Below, one piece after another: positions 62,331 to 64,000 of a stretch of 64,000 nucleotides of DNA. This DNA comes from Mobula hypostoma (Eukaryota). How positions within the stretch are numbered: the first letter of the stretch is position 1; the number at the start of each line of letters is the position of its first letter. The stretch is taken from the NCBI RefSeq assembly GCF_963921235.1, contig NC_086097.1:125304001-125368000 (forward strand). Direction: 5' to 3'. The notes under the pieces were generated by a model, which was not told the DNA's origin, ran no database searches, and saw only the letters and a program-made list of their open reading frames with translations. Made by a program: the position numbers and the translations under genes.

Positions 62331-62599
62331 CCTCTCCAGAGACCAACCGTTGCGGATGTGAAGAACCCCATGCACATGTTCAGGTCGGAGCGGGACCACG
62401 AGGAACACTTGGCCAGCATTGTCTCCTTTTTCAGGTATTACCTTTTCTATTCTTTGACTGTTCGTGGAGGGTCTGGAAAACATTAGTAGGTGTGCACACC
62501 GGTATTAGGTTGTGTTAATTCTTGTGAACTGAGCCAATGAAAGTAATTGTCAGTAAATACAGATTTACCTCTCTAATCATCATTACTAAGGGGTAACAA

Positions 62600-63940
62600 C
62601 ATATGTCACCATACACAACCCTGAGATTCATTTTCTTGCGGGCATACTCAATAAATCCATAATCCAATATCCATAATAGAACCAATGAAAAACCGCACCA
62701 ACAGGGCTGACAACCACTAAAAAAAAATAATAAATGCAAAAATCCAAGAAGAAAGAAGAAAAAATAAATAAATAATATTAATAAAATAAGTAAGCAAAAT
62801 TATTGAGAACATGAGATGAAGAGTCCCTGAAAGTGAGTCTATCAGTTGTGGGAACGGTTCAATGACGGGACAAGTGAGGTTGAGTAAGGTTATCCCCTCT
62901 GGTTCAAGAGCCTAATGGATGAAGGGTAATAACTTGTTCCTGAGCCTGGTGGTATGAGTCCTGAGGCTCCTATACCACCGTTCTGATGGCAGCAACAAGA
63001 AGAGAGCATGATCTGAGTGGTGGCAGTCCCTCTTGATGGATGCTGCTTTCCTGCGATAACACTCCATATACTGTAGATGGGCTCAATGACGGGGAGAGCT
63101 TCACCCATGATGGAGTGGACTGAATCCACTACTTTTTTTTTGTAGGGTTTTCTGTTCAGGGCATTGATGTTTCCATACCAAGCTGTGATGCAGCCAATCA
63201 ATATACTCTGCACCATAGTTTGTCAAAGTTTTAGGCCATGCTGAATCTTTGCAAACTTCTAAGGAAGTAGACTCACTGCCGTGTTTTCTTTGCAATTGCA
63301 GTTACATGCTGGGACCAGGACATGGAATGATAACACCAAGGAATTTGAAGTTGCTGACCTTCTCCACTTCTGATCCTCTGATGAAAACTGGCTCAGGGAC
63401 CTCCAGTTTCCTCCTCCTGAAGTCAATAGTCAGTTCCTTGGTCTTGCTGACATTAAGGAAGAGGTTGTTGTTGTGGCACCAATCAGCCAGATTTTCATTG
63501 CCCCTCCTATGCTGACTCATCACCACCTTTAATTTGGCTTATGAAAGTGGTGATATCAGCAAACTTGAATATGGGATTGGAGCTGTGCTTAGCCTTGCAG
63601 TTATAAGTGTAAAGCGAGTAGAGCAGGGATCTAAGCAAACAGCCTTGTAGTTCACCTGTACTGATGGAGATTGTGGAGGAGATGTTGTTGCTAATCTGAA
63701 CTGACTGGGGTTTGTAAGTGAGGAAACTGAGAATCCAATTGCACAAGGAGGCCAAGGTCTTGCAACTTTGAGTCCATAGGTTGTGAAATCAATGCAGTGA
63801 CGAGGTAAGTGAAGTTATCCACACTGGTTCAGGAGCCTAATGTTTGAAGGGTAATCATTGTTCCCGAACCTGTTGGTGTGGGAGCAAAGGCTCCTGCACC
63901 TCCTTCCGATGGCAGGAGCGAGAAGGGAGCATGGCCTATT
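62600..63940 (-). mobile_element. Rex1/Babar LINE fragments
   Basis: LCNWIL.FLT..PQSV, KFAD, WCHNNNL.LNVSKTKEL.IDFRR and SILIGCITAWYG motifs. Confidence 0.88.
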
Positions 63941-64000
63941 TTCTTCCTCTCTCTCCTCTCTCGTCATTCTTTATTTTAACCCCTACCTCCTTCCATCATC

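Overview
This is eukaryotic vertebrate DNA, not prokaryotic. Its repeat content (CR1, Rex1/Babar, RTE, Penelope, V-SINE-type SINEs) suggests a cartilaginous fish, probably a ray (inference). The window holds the 3' half of a grainyhead-like 2 gene (grhl2) on the + strand. Nine coding exons (9602-9696, 36212-36370, 44984-45071, 45188-45327, 47760-47797, 49986-50074, 55411-55496, 57159-57223, 59526-59640) all have canonical AG/GT boundaries. They splice into one open frame of 875 nt (plus 1 nt from an upstream exon outside the window) ending in TAA, followed by a ~1 kb repeat-free 3' UTR. The introns are packed with decayed, often nested transposons, which account for most ORF-track hits. The most interesting non-gene observations are: a composite Tc1/mariner-type element bounded by two mini-hairpin MITEs; an RTE insertion with a twin-priming 5' inversion; many Penelope-derived palindromic elements with minimal hammerhead ribozyme motifs; long inverted repeat pairs bracketing grhl2 exons; and a compact GRHL-motif/CCAAT/CCAAT/TATA candidate promoter just downstream of the gene. 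No database search was possible, so family names come from motif recognition and repeat boundaries without a target-site duplication are approximate.
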